A stretch of 64,000 nucleotides of DNA from an uncultured bacterium (GCA_963720265.1 CAVRET010000002.1:750069-814068); one strand, 5' to 3'. Shown: positions 17,263 to 27,058, counted from the stretch's first letter. The notes: a model not told the origin generated them from the letters alone. Numbers and translations are program-made.

Positions 17263-18266
17263 CGTCCCTCCTTTGCTTGCTTAAATTCGGCCGCCTGCGC
17301 GCGCAGCTTGGGCAACACCTCGTGCCCTAACAGCCTGATCGTGTCCCCCTGTTCAACCGAGGTGGTTTGAATGCCCAAAATATCCGGTTGCAACCGCCTC
17401 GCCAGCTCGCCGTAAACCGCCACGTAATCATCCGCGGTTTGGACCCGGTGGTATTGGCCGAGTACTTGGTCGCGCGGCAACTCGTCGGCTGCCTGCCGCA
17501 ATTTAGCCGGGTCAATCTCCGAGTCGCGGTTGGGCGCCCTCAAGCCGCGCCATGGTTTGAGGGCTTCCCATGCCTCATCGTCGTTACTGCCACGTATCGT
17601 CCACTGAGACGCCACAATCGTAGGTGCCGGGCGCTTAGCCTCCACCGCCACAGCGCGAGCGGGCTCCACAACCTTCTGAATCACATCGTCGGTATCTTTG
17701 ACGCTCAGAATCAACCCGTCCGTGATCCGGGCTGCCAGTTTGGCCGACTTTGGGCCGGCCGCCGACATGTATATCGGCACTCGGTGCATTGGTGGGCTAT
17801 ACAACTTAGCTCCCACCGTTTTGTAATACCGGCCGCTAGAATCGACCCGCTCACCGTCAAGTAATCGGCGCATGATCGTAATGGCCTCTTCCATGCGCGC
17901 CGCCCGTTCTGCGTAACCAGGAAACGGATAGCCCAGCGCCCCCTCGCTCCGGCCCGTGCCCACTCCCAGGGCAAACCGCCCACCGCTTAAGCGATCCACC
18001 GTTGCCGCGGCCTGCGCCACCACGGCCGGGTGCATATGCCACAGCGGCGTCACCACGGCGGTTAGAAGTTCAAGTTTGTCAGTCGTCTGTGCGATTGCCG
18101 CCAGCGTTGACCATACAAATCCGGCCGCACCGACGTCGTCGACCCATGGGTGGAAATGGTCGCTCACCGCCACGCCGTCGAACCCATGCGCTTCCGCCAG
18201 CCGTGCGTGCTCCACGAGCTCTTCAGGCTGAAATTGTTCGTGTCCCAGGTACAAATATATCTTCAT
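17259..18266 (-). CDS. LLM-class F420-dependent glucose-6-phosphate dehydrogenase-like oxidoreductase
   Basis: HEQFQPEELVE, AEAHGFD, SDHFHPW, HPAVVAQAAAT, AAGPKSA motifs. Confidence 0.8.
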   Translation of the reverse strand: MKIYLYLGHEQFQPEELVEHARLAEAHGFDGVAVSDHFHPWVDDVGAAGFVWSTLAAIAQTTDKLELLTAVVTPLWHMHPAVVAQAAATVDRLSGGRFALGVGTGRSEGALGYPFPGYAERAARMEEAITIMRRLLDGERVDSSGRYYKTVGAKLYSPPMHRVPIYMSAAGPKSAKLAARITDGLILSVKDTDDVIQKVVEPARAVAVEAKRPAPTIVASQWTIRGSNDDEAWEALKPWRGLRAPNRDSEIDPAKLRQAADELPRDQVLGQYHRVQTADDYVAVYGELARRLQPDILGIQTTSVEQGDTIRLLGHEVLPKLRAQAAEFKQAKEGR

Positions 18267-18315
18267 ACTTTCACTATACTCGGTAAAGCTGGGAGCATCC
18301 TGGTACAATCTTCCT

Positions 18316-18759
18316 ATGCGAACCACCGGTGAACGTAAACAACATTTGCTCGAACTCTTGGAGAGCGGCAAGCGTGATGTTTGGGTCGCTACCGCCGACA
18401 AAAACGGGCACCCGCATCTCGTGCCGTTCTCGTTCGGCTGGGACGGACGGCATGTAATTGTGGCAACGGAAGCTGCCTTTGTGACCGCCCGCAGCCTTGA
18501 AGTAACGCATCGCGCCCGGCTAGCCGTCGGTGACACCCGCGATGTAAACCTCATTGATGTGACGGCCAAAACCATCGCAATGTCTGACCTCGATCACGCG
18601 GTCGCCGACGACTTTGCGGCCCGCAACGGCTGGGATCCGCGTAAAGCCCGGGGAAGCTGGGTTTGGCTTGCCATGACCCCCGAGCGTATTCTGTGCTGGA
18701 ACAATGAGGCCGAGCTCGACGGCCGTACCGTTATGAAAAACGGCCGTTGGCTGACCTGA
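18316..18759 (+). CDS. pyridoxamine-5'-phosphate oxidase-like split-barrel flavin/deazaflavin protein
   Basis: DVWVATA...PHLVPFSFGWDG, RLAVGDTRDV, EL.GRTVM..GRWL. Confidence 0.85.
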   Translation: MRTTGERKQHLLELLESGKRDVWVATADKNGHPHLVPFSFGWDGRHVIVATEAAFVTARSLEVTHRARLAVGDTRDVNLIDVTAKTIAMSDLDHAVADDFAARNGWDPRKARGSWVWLAMTPERILCWNNEAELDGRTVMKNGRWLT

Positions 18760-18796
18760 CCTGGCTCCGGCCATCATAAAGGTATAGTCTGGTTGC

Positions 18797-19471
18797 ATGG
18801 CGATTCGATTTGTCAAAATTAGCTCACCCGACCCAGTGGTGGCCTATGTCGCCGATACGCTGAAGGCTCATCTAAATGCTGGTGAGCGGGTGCTTTGGCT
18901 GATCGCCGGCGGCTCGGTCATCAAGGTGGCGGTGCAGGTTGCAAAACAACTCGAAGGCACGCCACTAAGTGCGCTCACAGTTTCACTCACCGACGAGCGC
19001 CCCGGCTTTCCTGGGCACGCCGATTCCAACTGGGCTGGTCTGCTGGCTGCCGGTTTTGACGTAGCTGGTGCCCGTCGTCAGGCCATTCTCACCGGTGCTA
19101 GCACCAAATCCGATGTTGCCAGTTTTGCCCGTTTTCTCGACGTTGAGTTACGTGCCAATGAATTTCGCTTCGGCCTTTTTGGCGTTGGACCCGATGGCCA
19201 CACCGCCGGCCTTCCTGCCCGCACTGCAGCCATGACCACCACCGCAGCCGTAGCCGCGTATTACGAATCGGGCTCTTTCAAACGCCTATCAATGACGCCT
19301 GCGGCCATCGCCCGTCTCGACGAAGCCGTGGTCTACATGGTAGGAGCCGACAAGCATGAGCAGGTGGAGCGGTTTGCGAGGGACCTGCCATTTGTTGAAC
19401 AATCGGCTCAGGCGTTGAAATCGACGCCCAGCGTTACGGTATTTAATGACTACAAAGGAGATCCGGCATGA
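18797..19471 (+). CDS. pgl: 6-phosphogluconolactonase-like protein
   Basis: GGS, DER, DSN, GVGPDGHTAG motifs; first gene of the gnd-zwf operon. Confidence 0.75.
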   Translation: MAIRFVKISSPDPVVAYVADTLKAHLNAGERVLWLIAGGSVIKVAVQVAKQLEGTPLSALTVSLTDERPGFPGHADSNWAGLLAAGFDVAGARRQAILTGASTKSDVASFARFLDVELRANEFRFGLFGVGPDGHTAGLPARTAAMTTTAAVAAYYESGSFKRLSMTPAAIARLDEAVVYMVGADKHEQVERFARDLPFVEQSAQALKSTPSVTVFNDYKGDPA

Positions 19472-20376
19472 AACTTGGGTTTATTGGACTAGGACGCATG
19501 GGCGGCCACATGGTGACGCGGCTGGTAAAGGACGACCACGAGATCATCGTTGCCGGCCGCAATCCCGAGCACGTGGCGGCCGCGGCGACCGAGTCTGGCG
19601 CGATACCGGCGAAGGATTATGTCGACATGATAGCAAAGCTCGGTAAAGACCCCATTGTTTGGCTCATGGTGCCGCAAGCTGCGGTCGACGATCAGCTCGC
19701 CGAGCTAATACCGCACTTGCCAAAGGGCGCCGTTATCGTGGACGGCGGCAACTCCGACTTTCGCGAAACCCTGCGTCGCGCCAAATTCATCGAGAAACAA
19801 GGTTTCCACCTGGTTGATTGTGGTACGTCCGGCGGCATTTTAGGTGCCTCGGCCGGTTACTGCCTCATGGTTGGTGGCGACCCGCAAATTACTAGGCGCC
19901 TTGAGCCGGCGTTTACTTCCCTTGCCCAACGCGGGGGCTGGGGGCATTTCGGACCCACCGGCGCGGGACACTACATTAAAATGATTCACAACGCTGTCGA
20001 ATACGGCATGATGGAATCCTACGCCGAAGGTTATCGTTTGCTCCACGACGGGCAGAGCTTTCCCGGGCTCGACCTCGCAAAAATCGCTGAAGTCTGGCAA
20101 CACGGCAGCATTGTGGCCTCGGATCTCAACGGCTTGGCCGTCGGGATTTTCCGCGCCAACCCCGGGCTAGGCGGCATCGACGGCTACGTGGCCGAAACCG
20201 GCGAAGCCCGCTGGACGCTCGAGCAGGCCGCCTCAGAGAACATCAACTTGCCGGCCATTCAGTCGGCCATGGACGTACGCCGTGCCTCGCAAGCCGGGCA
20301 GGTGAACTTTGGCACCAAACTGCTGGCGGCGCTTCGCCAAGCCTTCGGCGGACACGCCATCGGGAAGCCACAGTAA
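19468..20376 (+). CDS. gnd: 6-phosphogluconate dehydrogenase (short decarboxylating type)
   Basis: GLGRMG, DGGNS, GTSGG, GHYIKMIHNAVEYG, FGGH. Confidence 0.95.
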   Translation: MKLGFIGLGRMGGHMVTRLVKDDHEIIVAGRNPEHVAAAATESGAIPAKDYVDMIAKLGKDPIVWLMVPQAAVDDQLAELIPHLPKGAVIVDGGNSDFRETLRRAKFIEKQGFHLVDCGTSGGILGASAGYCLMVGGDPQITRRLEPAFTSLAQRGGWGHFGPTGAGHYIKMIHNAVEYGMMESYAEGYRLLHDGQSFPGLDLAKIAEVWQHGSIVASDLNGLAVGIFRANPGLGGIDGYVAETGEARWTLEQAASENINLPAIQSAMDVRRASQAGQVNFGTKLLAALRQAFGGHAIGKPQ

Positions 20377-20378
20377 GC

Positions 20379-21788
20379 ATGGCGGGTCCAGAGTCCACAA
20401 CCGCCGAGCCGCTCATGTCTGGGTTGCTCGTAATTTTCGGTGTCACCGGCGACCTTGCTCACCGCTATCTCTTGCCGGCCCTCTACCAGCTCGAACGTAG
20501 GCAATTGCTGCCAGACGAGTTTGAAATTATTGGCGTCACCCGGCGCGGCGCCGAAGTCTCGGCTTTGCTAAAGGGCATTGAAGACGAACTCAAAACCACC
20601 GGCCACGAGACTGAGCCCGCCGTGCTCGCCCGCCTGGGCCGGCGCATGCGCATTGTCACCATGGACCCCACCAGCGCCCCCGACTACCTGCGGCTCAAGG
20701 CCACGCTCGACAAGCTCGAGGACGAGCGCGGCGTCTGCCTCAACCGGCTGTTTTATCTCTCAATTCCGCCCGGGATTTACGGTCCTGTGGTTGATCTGCT
20801 CGGCAGCTCCGGCCTAGGCGCGGGCTGCCAGCACGGCACGGCCGATTCGCGCCTCATGGTTGAAAAACCCTTCGGCTATGATCTCGCCTCCGCCACCGAG
20901 CTGGTTGAGCGCCTGCATAAGAGCTTCAAAGAGTCGCAAATTTTTCGCATCGATCACTATCTGGCCAAAGAGACTGCTCAAAACATTCTCACCTTTCGCT
21001 TTGCCAACCCCATCTTTCAATCCATCTGGAATCGTGAGCATATTACCAGCCTCACCATTGCGGCGGCCGAAGCTATCGGTATCGAAGGCCGGGCGGCATT
21101 TTACGATCCGGTCGGAGCATTGCGCGATTTTGTTCAGAACCACCTCATGCAATTGCTTGCCATAACCACCATGGATGTGCCACGCGTTGTTAATGCAGGC
21201 TCGGTACATATGGAAAGATTACGGCTTCTTGAAGCCGTTAAGCCTATCCCGCCAAACGAAGTTGTCGATCTTGCCACTCGCGGCCAGTATCGCGGCTACC
21301 GTGATGAGGTTGCCAACCCCGATTCCATTACCGAAACGTTCGCCCGTCTCAAGTTGCAAATTGACAACAACGCCTGGCGGGGTGTACCCATCGTGCTGCA
21401 AACCGGTAAAAGGCTCAATGAACGCTCCACCCATATCACACTCACATTTGGTGGCGACAGCCGCGAGCCAGCCAACACGCTGACATTCCGCATCCAACCA
21501 AACGAAGGCATCGCGCTCGAACTCCTGGCCAAAGAGCCCGGCTTTGACCAGCGCACGCGGCCGGTCGAAATGGCCTTTGATTACGCCGGCAGCTTTGGTC
21601 CCGATTCGCAGCCCAACGCCTACGAGCACGTTTTGCTCGATGGCATTCGCGGCGACCAGACCCTCTTTACCACTAGCGACGAAGTGTTGGCCTCTTGGCG
21701 GATTGTCGACGCAGTGGTAGGGGAGTGGTCCAAATCCGGTGACGGCCTCATTATCTACGAACCCGGCACGCCGGCTGATGCAATCTAA
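20379..21788 (+). CDS. zwf: glucose-6-phosphate dehydrogenase
   Basis: FGVTGDLA, EKPFG, RIDHYLAKE, QNHLMQ. Confidence 0.95.
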   Translation: MAGPESTTAEPLMSGLLVIFGVTGDLAHRYLLPALYQLERRQLLPDEFEIIGVTRRGAEVSALLKGIEDELKTTGHETEPAVLARLGRRMRIVTMDPTSAPDYLRLKATLDKLEDERGVCLNRLFYLSIPPGIYGPVVDLLGSSGLGAGCQHGTADSRLMVEKPFGYDLASATELVERLHKSFKESQIFRIDHYLAKETAQNILTFRFANPIFQSIWNREHITSLTIAAAEAIGIEGRAAFYDPVGALRDFVQNHLMQLLAITTMDVPRVVNAGSVHMERLRLLEAVKPIPPNEVVDLATRGQYRGYRDEVANPDSITETFARLKLQIDNNAWRGVPIVLQTGKRLNERSTHITLTFGGDSREPANTLTFRIQPNEGIALELLAKEPGFDQRTRPVEMAFDYAGSFGPDSQPNAYEHVLLDGIRGDQTLFTTSDEVLASWRIVDAVVGEWSKSGDGLIIYEPGTPADAI

Positions 21789-21885
21789 TAAGTCCGTCAG
21801 CTTTACAATAGTCGCAGAGGATTGTAGAATCATCTTCGTCCAACGTATGTCCGCCTAGCGGACCCGATTTGGCCCGGGAGGGTCG

Positions 21886-22617
21886 ATGACGATAAGTCAA
21901 AGCGGTGAGCGAGTAGAATCCGACTCCCGACTCACATGGTCGGTGTTCGGCGCACTGCTCGTCTCAATCGATGCCGGCGTGGTGTTCTCGCTCATAAGTT
22001 TGCACTACGTCTATACCGGGTCGTTGCCCTGGTTCACGGTGATATTCACAACGGTCGGCGGCTTCGCCCTCGCTGGGCCCTGGAAGCGGATAATACCGCG
22101 TCTACACCTGCTCGTCCGCATACTGGGTGTGGCGGTCCTGGCCGTCATGGTCTGGCTCAACACTCTGAGCGGCGTGCAGCGCCACGACCAGCAGGCCCCG
22201 GCCCGGGCCATCGCAGCTCAGCAAGCCGCCGTACGCGCGAGCGCCGCGGCCTCAATCGCGTCGGTCAATGCGGTCTACCAGAGTCAGCTCAACCAGGCGA
22301 CCACCGCTGCCACAAACCAACTCGCGACCCAGGGCTTCGTCAGCGATTTCAGTGGCGACCCGCCAGATGTAACGCTCAGCAACCTGACCTCTGGCACTGT
22401 CACCATCTACATCGCCGTCGGATACGCTCGCTTCCAGCCGGTCGTGCCGATCGAGAAGATCAACGGCCGCTGGGTGGCCGGCTGTCCGACCACTGCGCCC
22501 GGCGTCATGTACCCGCTCGACGGCCCGAACAACCAGGTGGCGATTAGCCTGAACGATTCCGGCCACTGTCCGGCCGGTATCGCACCGCCGTCGTCTCGGG
22601 CCCCTCCGCAGGGCTAA
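21886..22617 (+). CDS. orphan membrane protein with extracellular C-terminal domain
   Basis: GGGAGGG SD; three TM segments; Cys pair. Confidence 0.7.
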   Translation: MTISQSGERVESDSRLTWSVFGALLVSIDAGVVFSLISLHYVYTGSLPWFTVIFTTVGGFALAGPWKRIIPRLHLLVRILGVAVLAVMVWLNTLSGVQRHDQQAPARAIAAQQAAVRASAAASIASVNAVYQSQLNQATTAATNQLATQGFVSDFSGDPPDVTLSNLTSGTVTIYIAVGYARFQPVVPIEKINGRWVAGCPTTAPGVMYPLDGPNNQVAISLNDSGHCPAGIAPPSSRAPPQG

Positions 22618-22730
22618 CGCTGCCAGCCGAAGAGACCCCGGCCGTGCCGCATAACGGGCGCGGCTGGGAGGCTTAAGTAATTATCAAAAAAATACGTATT
22701 GACGTACGCATTCCGGTTGTGCTAAGAACT

Positions 22731-22866
22731 AAGTAGATAGTCGAGGTGGAGCAAGATCAAAATGCAAAAGTTGAGTTTGCTCCTTTTGCTGGGTACTGCA
22801 GGTATCAAATAATCGAGCTTCAGGGACTATCGCTGAGACGGGCCGCATGCGGTCCGTTCTCTGTTT
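22731..22866 (+). ncRNA. putative structured small RNA with a 16-aa ORF (22762-22812)
   Basis: Upstream TTGACG and TG-n-TAAGAA; GATAGTC/GACTATC end pairing; GGAGCAA/TTGCTCC stem; terminal GC hairpin 22835-22861. Confidence 0.5.
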
Positions 22867-22900
22867 GGCCTAAATTTGCCAGCTTTTATAAAATAGAAGT

Positions 22901-23467
22901 ATGACAAACACCCACCCAACCCAATCACCGGCCAGGACCGAAACTATCGTGCTCGGCGGTGGCTGCTTCTGGTGCCTCGATGCTGTATACCGGCGAGTCG
23001 AGGGCGTAATTCGCGTCGTATCAGGCTACGCCGGCGGCCACACTCCCGACCCGAGCTATTGGCGCGTTGCTTCCAAGACCACCGGCCATGCCGAAGTCGT
23101 GCAGGTCACGTTCGACCCATCCGTCATCAGCCTCCGCGACATCCTCGACATTTTTTGGACACTTCACGATCCGACCACCAAAGACCGCCAGGGCTATGAC
23201 ACTGGCCCGGAATATCGTTCCACCATCTTGTATCAAGGTGAAGAGCAGTGGCGGGTAGTGGAGGCCTCGCTGGAAGCTGCCGGCAAGCTCTGGGCGGCCC
23301 CAATTGTGACCGAGATAAAACCGCTGGAAGCCTTTTATGAAGCCGAAGCCGAAAACCAAGACTTTTATAACAGTGGTCAGCGTCCTGATTATTGCGAGAT
23401 TGTCATTAACCCAAAACTGGCCAAGCTCCGGGCTGCCTTCGCCGCCCGCCTCAAACCCGGCGCGTGA
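22901..23467 (+). CDS. msrA: peptide methionine sulfoxide reductase A
   Basis: GGGCFWC, SGYAGG, TGHAEVV, HDPT, YRS. Confidence 0.95.
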   Translation: MTNTHPTQSPARTETIVLGGGCFWCLDAVYRRVEGVIRVVSGYAGGHTPDPSYWRVASKTTGHAEVVQVTFDPSVISLRDILDIFWTLHDPTTKDRQGYDTGPEYRSTILYQGEEQWRVVEASLEAAGKLWAAPIVTEIKPLEAFYEAEAENQDFYNSGQRPDYCEIVINPKLAKLRAAFAARLKPGA

Positions 23468-23507
23468 CAGCGTGATATAGTAGTGGCACTTGTAGCTGGA
23501 AACGCTC

Positions 23508-24062
23508 GTGAAACGCTCACCCTCCAAATTACACATCTGGCTTGCTAGCTGCTTCATGAGTATTGTGCTGGTCGGGTTGGTGTATGGCGTCGTGCAGCAA
23601 AATTACCGTGAGGCAGCCAATGATCCGCAGATTCAACTGGCCGAAGATGCGGCGGCCGCCCTCAATGCTGGGCACTCGCCGGCAAGCCTCGTGTTTGCCA
23701 CTCAGGTGAATATGAGCGCGAGCCTGGCCCCGTCCATCATTATTACCGACCAAAACCGCCACGTGTTGGCGAGCTCCGGTGAGCTGAACGGCAGTGTGCC
23801 GCTGCCGCCGGCCGGAACATTCGAAGCGGCAGCCGCGGGCCACGGAAAATACACCGATATCCCACACGAGGATCGAGTGACGTGGCAGCCGGCCGCCGGC
23901 ATCCGTGAAGCGGCCGTAATCGTACCGTGGAACGGCGGCTACGTGGTAGCGGCTCGCAACCTGCGCGAAGTCGAAAACCGTACCTCCCGACTCGGCGAGG
24001 ACTGCGCTGCAGCGTTAATCGTCCTGTTGGCAGGCCTAAGTGTTATATTTTGGTTCGCCTAA
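23508..24062 (+). CDS. two-TM protein with extracytoplasmic sensor-like domain
   Basis: VQQNYREAANDPQIQLAED, RVTWQP, GYVVAAR.LREVE. Confidence 0.7.
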   Translation: MKRSPSKLHIWLASCFMSIVLVGLVYGVVQQNYREAANDPQIQLAEDAAAALNAGHSPASLVFATQVNMSASLAPSIIITDQNRHVLASSGELNGSVPLPPAGTFEAAAAGHGKYTDIPHEDRVTWQPAAGIREAAVIVPWNGGYVVAARNLREVENRTSRLGEDCAAALIVLLAGLSVIFWFA

Positions 24063-24067
24063 CGACG

Positions 24068-24868
24068 ATGACCGTATCGCCGCCGCTCATAGATTTGACC
24101 GAATCCGCGAACCTCCCCCTCGTGCACGTCGGCGGCAAGGCAGCCGCGCTCGGCCGTCTCGTAACCTTGGGAGCGCCGGTGCCGCCGGGATTTGTCGTGC
24201 CGCCCGAGGTTGACCTCGTTACCCACTCCAAGGCCATTCAAGATGCGCTAGCGGAGCTTAACGCAGGGCACGTGGCTGTTCGCTCATCAGCTGCGGGCGA
24301 GGATTCCGAGACCCAATCCTGGGCCGGCCAGTTTGAAAGCTACCTGTACGTGTCGCCGGCCGCAGTGTCGTCCCGCATTGCGGATTGCCGCGCCTCCGGC
24401 AGCACCGCCCGGGCTCGGACCTACGCTAACGGCGCCAATATGCCGGTAGCCGTCGTCGTACAAGCTATGGTCGCATCGGACGCCGCGGGGGTGCTTTTCA
24501 CCGTCAATCCAGTCACCAAAAATCCCAATGAGCTCATGATCGAGGCCGTTTGGGGCCTGGGCGAGCTCCTCGTCCAAGGTCTCGCCACGCCCGATAATTA
24601 CCTTGTGGCCAAGCTCACTGGTGAGCTCATGGATCAAACCATTGCGCCCAAGACCGTTATGATGACAGGTACTGACACCGGTCCAGCTGAGCGACCGGTG
24701 CCGGCAGCCCGCCGCACTCAGGCCGCACTCACGCCGCCTCAGCTCACCCAGCTTACCGCCCTGGCGGTGAACCTCGAGCGTAGTTTCGGCCACCCGCTCG
24801 ACATCGAATTTGCCTATGCTAGGGGAAAGCTTTACATTTTACAGGCTCGCCCTATTACTACGCTATAA
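24068..24868 (+). CDS. PEP/pyruvate-binding ATP-grasp domain protein (PPDK_N)
   Basis: VGGKAAAL, VPPGF, AVRSSAAGED, AGQFES, GLGE, DIEF, LQARPIT. Confidence 0.9.
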   Translation: MTVSPPLIDLTESANLPLVHVGGKAAALGRLVTLGAPVPPGFVVPPEVDLVTHSKAIQDALAELNAGHVAVRSSAAGEDSETQSWAGQFESYLYVSPAAVSSRIADCRASGSTARARTYANGANMPVAVVVQAMVASDAAGVLFTVNPVTKNPNELMIEAVWGLGELLVQGLATPDNYLVAKLTGELMDQTIAPKTVMMTGTDTGPAERPVPAARRTQAALTPPQLTQLTALAVNLERSFGHPLDIEFAYARGKLYILQARPITTL

Positions 24869-24880
24869 CCGAGTATCATC

Positions 24881-25987
24881 ATGCCTCAATCCGACCAGGC
24901 TGAATTCTACCGCAAACAAATCTCACTCACTGAGTGGCTTGGCAATATGGACCATCCCGACACCGCGGTACTCCGCCGGGAAGATTTTGAAAAATATGAC
25001 CGCCTTGAGGTTCTGTGCCAAACCATTGGGCTGCCCTATGGCCGCCCCCGGCAGTTTCCGGCGGGTGCTGTGGCGGCGCGCGATCCCGAGTTTGAGACCT
25101 ACGTTCACGACCATGCCTCAGACCTCTGCATGATCCGTATTGTGCCGCATGATCCCGGCAATCCCAAGTTCCGCATGCGTGGCAAGACCATTGCTGAGGC
25201 TATTGAATGGTTTAAGCAACAAGCCGTTGACCCGGCCCGCTACGACATCTATCTGGTCCCGCACGCCGAGGATCACAGCTGGGGTACCATTTTTGTCGTC
25301 AACCAGCACGGCGTGTTTGGAGAAACCATCAACGGCGAGCACAACAAACTCACGCAGGGTTTATACGAAGCCGACGAGCACCCGGCCACTTTCAGCTCCA
25401 ACTTCGTCGATTGGCACTTCGATCCAAGCAACGCCGAGGCTGCAGCCTATATTCGCGGACTCATCGCCAAACTCAAGGTCGATGATCCCGAAAGTCGCGA
25501 CAAATTAACCGCCAAGCTAGGTGCTAGCTTTGCCCACGACTATCTTTGCGGCTACTTCGAAACCACTTGCTCGCGCACGCTTGGAACCTCGTTTCTCGAC
25601 TACAGTCCGGCGCTTGGGCGGCTATACGAGGATTTTGTCGAGCACGTTAGTCCGGCGCACGGTCGGGCGCTCGTGCGTGGCCAAGCCGGGAGCCCGGGTA
25701 CTGCTACCGGCCGTGTCCACATTGTCATGCCTGATCAAGTCGCCACCGCCCACCTTGAGCCGGACGAAATCCTAGTCTGCCGCATGACGACACCCGATTA
25801 TCTCCCGGTTATGCAACAAGCTGCGGCCATTGTTACGGATCTGGGCGGTACCCTCTCGCATGCCGCTATTGTAGCCCGCGAGCTCCACAAACCGTGTCTC
25901 ACCGCCACCGGCACTGCCACCACCGCGCTCAAGCCCGGCCAAACCGTCACAGTCGATGCCGACGCCGGCCTCGTCCGCAAAGCCTGA
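24881..25987 (+). CDS. protein with C-terminal PEP-utilising phosphohistidine (swivel) domain
   Basis: ILVCRMTTPD, AIVTDLGGTLSHAAIVAREL, VTVDA. Confidence 0.85.
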   Translation: MPQSDQAEFYRKQISLTEWLGNMDHPDTAVLRREDFEKYDRLEVLCQTIGLPYGRPRQFPAGAVAARDPEFETYVHDHASDLCMIRIVPHDPGNPKFRMRGKTIAEAIEWFKQQAVDPARYDIYLVPHAEDHSWGTIFVVNQHGVFGETINGEHNKLTQGLYEADEHPATFSSNFVDWHFDPSNAEAAAYIRGLIAKLKVDDPESRDKLTAKLGASFAHDYLCGYFETTCSRTLGTSFLDYSPALGRLYEDFVEHVSPAHGRALVRGQAGSPGTATGRVHIVMPDQVATAHLEPDEILVCRMTTPDYLPVMQQAAAIVTDLGGTLSHAAIVARELHKPCLTATGTATTALKPGQTVTVDADAGLVRKA

Positions 25988-26002
25988 AGGCCGTTTCACT
26001 AT
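25985..26002. repeat. GTGAA-N6-TTCAC-type site, copy 1
   Basis: TGAAGGCCGTTTCACTAT; 17/18 identical to the reverse complement of 27058-27075. Confidence 0.65.
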
Positions 26003-26058
26003 CCATCTCACAGACAACCAACCTACAATGGGCTTACGGGTAATCAAGAAGACTGTTC

Positions 26059-26319
26059 ATGCGAACCATCGGCTCCAAGTATCAAATCCAGGGCGACGTC
26101 ATGTGCACCTCAAACGGCCAACCCATACCGGCTGATGAGCCACTTATGTTATTCCGCGGCCGCGACCGTTTACTCCCGGCTCTGCTCGATTATTACCTGC
26201 AACTGCGCCAGCAAAGCGGCATGACGCCTGAGCAGCTTGCCGACCTACAAGCCCAGGTAGATGCCATCAAACAATGGCAGGCCAGTTACCCCGACCGACT
26301 CAAAATGCCGACCAAATAG
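26059..26319 (+). CDS. small hypothetical protein
   Basis: 86-aa ORF, PIPADEPLMLFRGRD. Confidence 0.65.
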   Translation: MRTIGSKYQIQGDVMCTSNGQPIPADEPLMLFRGRDRLLPALLDYYLQLRQQSGMTPEQLADLQAQVDAIKQWQASYPDRLKMPTK

Positions 26320-26321
26320 GC

Positions 26322-27026
26322 CTAATAGCTGTCCATCTCCATCGTCACCTCACTCATCTGAAGACTCTCAGACATCGAAGTCTCAATCATTTCAACTGAG
26401 CCCCGCATGGTTTTTGGTGACTTTCGAAGCTCATCAAGGGTTAGCCAAATGTTTTTGTTACCCTTAATACCAATCTCTTTAAACGTACCGCTGACGTACT
26501 GCGCGCTGAAAATAAAGAAGAATTTATCCTGTACGATTCGGCCGATGTACTTGTCTTTGTAGTGGGCGAGTCCACACAGTTTAACGGTGCACTCAAATCC
26601 CGCCTGCTCACGCATGGCCCGCTTAGCGGCGTCAGCCACGTCTTCGCCAAAGAACACCTTGTCACCCGGACTGCCATATGTCCCCCTATAAGGCACGATC
26701 ATCCGCTCTTGCATTAAGAAGTAGCGCTGCCCGTTTTCCATTTTCGAAAGATGTACTCGCACAGCCAAAAAACCCTGAACAATAAAGCTGTTCTTGTTCG
26801 GATACAGCATGATAGCTCGGCTCCGGCCCAATACAGACAGTGTGTACATTCCGTCAGCTTGCTTTTCGATCAACCCATACTTCTTTAGCTGTCGTAAATG
26901 GTACGAAAACTGGTCGCTCGGAACGTTGTCCACATTGATCTCGGCAAAGCGCAAGCTGTCACGCAAAAACAGCTGGCGCATAATGCCCATCTGAATATCG
27001 TTATTAATATCACGGTCTTGCTGCAT
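26322..27026 (-). CDS. winged-HTH + Nudix domain protein (putative regulator)
   Basis: FSYHLRQL..YGLIEK..GMYTLS followed by PGDKV..GEDV..AAKRAMREQAG (degenerate Nudix box). Confidence 0.8.
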   Translation of the reverse strand: MQQDRDINNDIQMGIMRQLFLRDSLRFAEINVDNVPSDQFSYHLRQLKKYGLIEKQADGMYTLSVLGRSRAIMLYPNKNSFIVQGFLAVRVHLSKMENGQRYFLMQERMIVPYRGTYGSPGDKVFFGEDVADAAKRAMREQAGFECTVKLCGLAHYKDKYIGRIVQDKFFFIFSAQYVSGTFKEIGIKGNKNIWLTLDELRKSPKTMRGSVEMIETSMSESLQMSEVTMEMDSY

Positions 27027-27058
27027 AAGGACATTATTGTATACCGGGCGTCAAATTA

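Noticed and set aside
17259-18575. Extended 438-aa version of the LLM gene
   Set aside because: The N-terminal extension overlaps the divergent PNPOx-like gene; family motifs start at ATG 18266.
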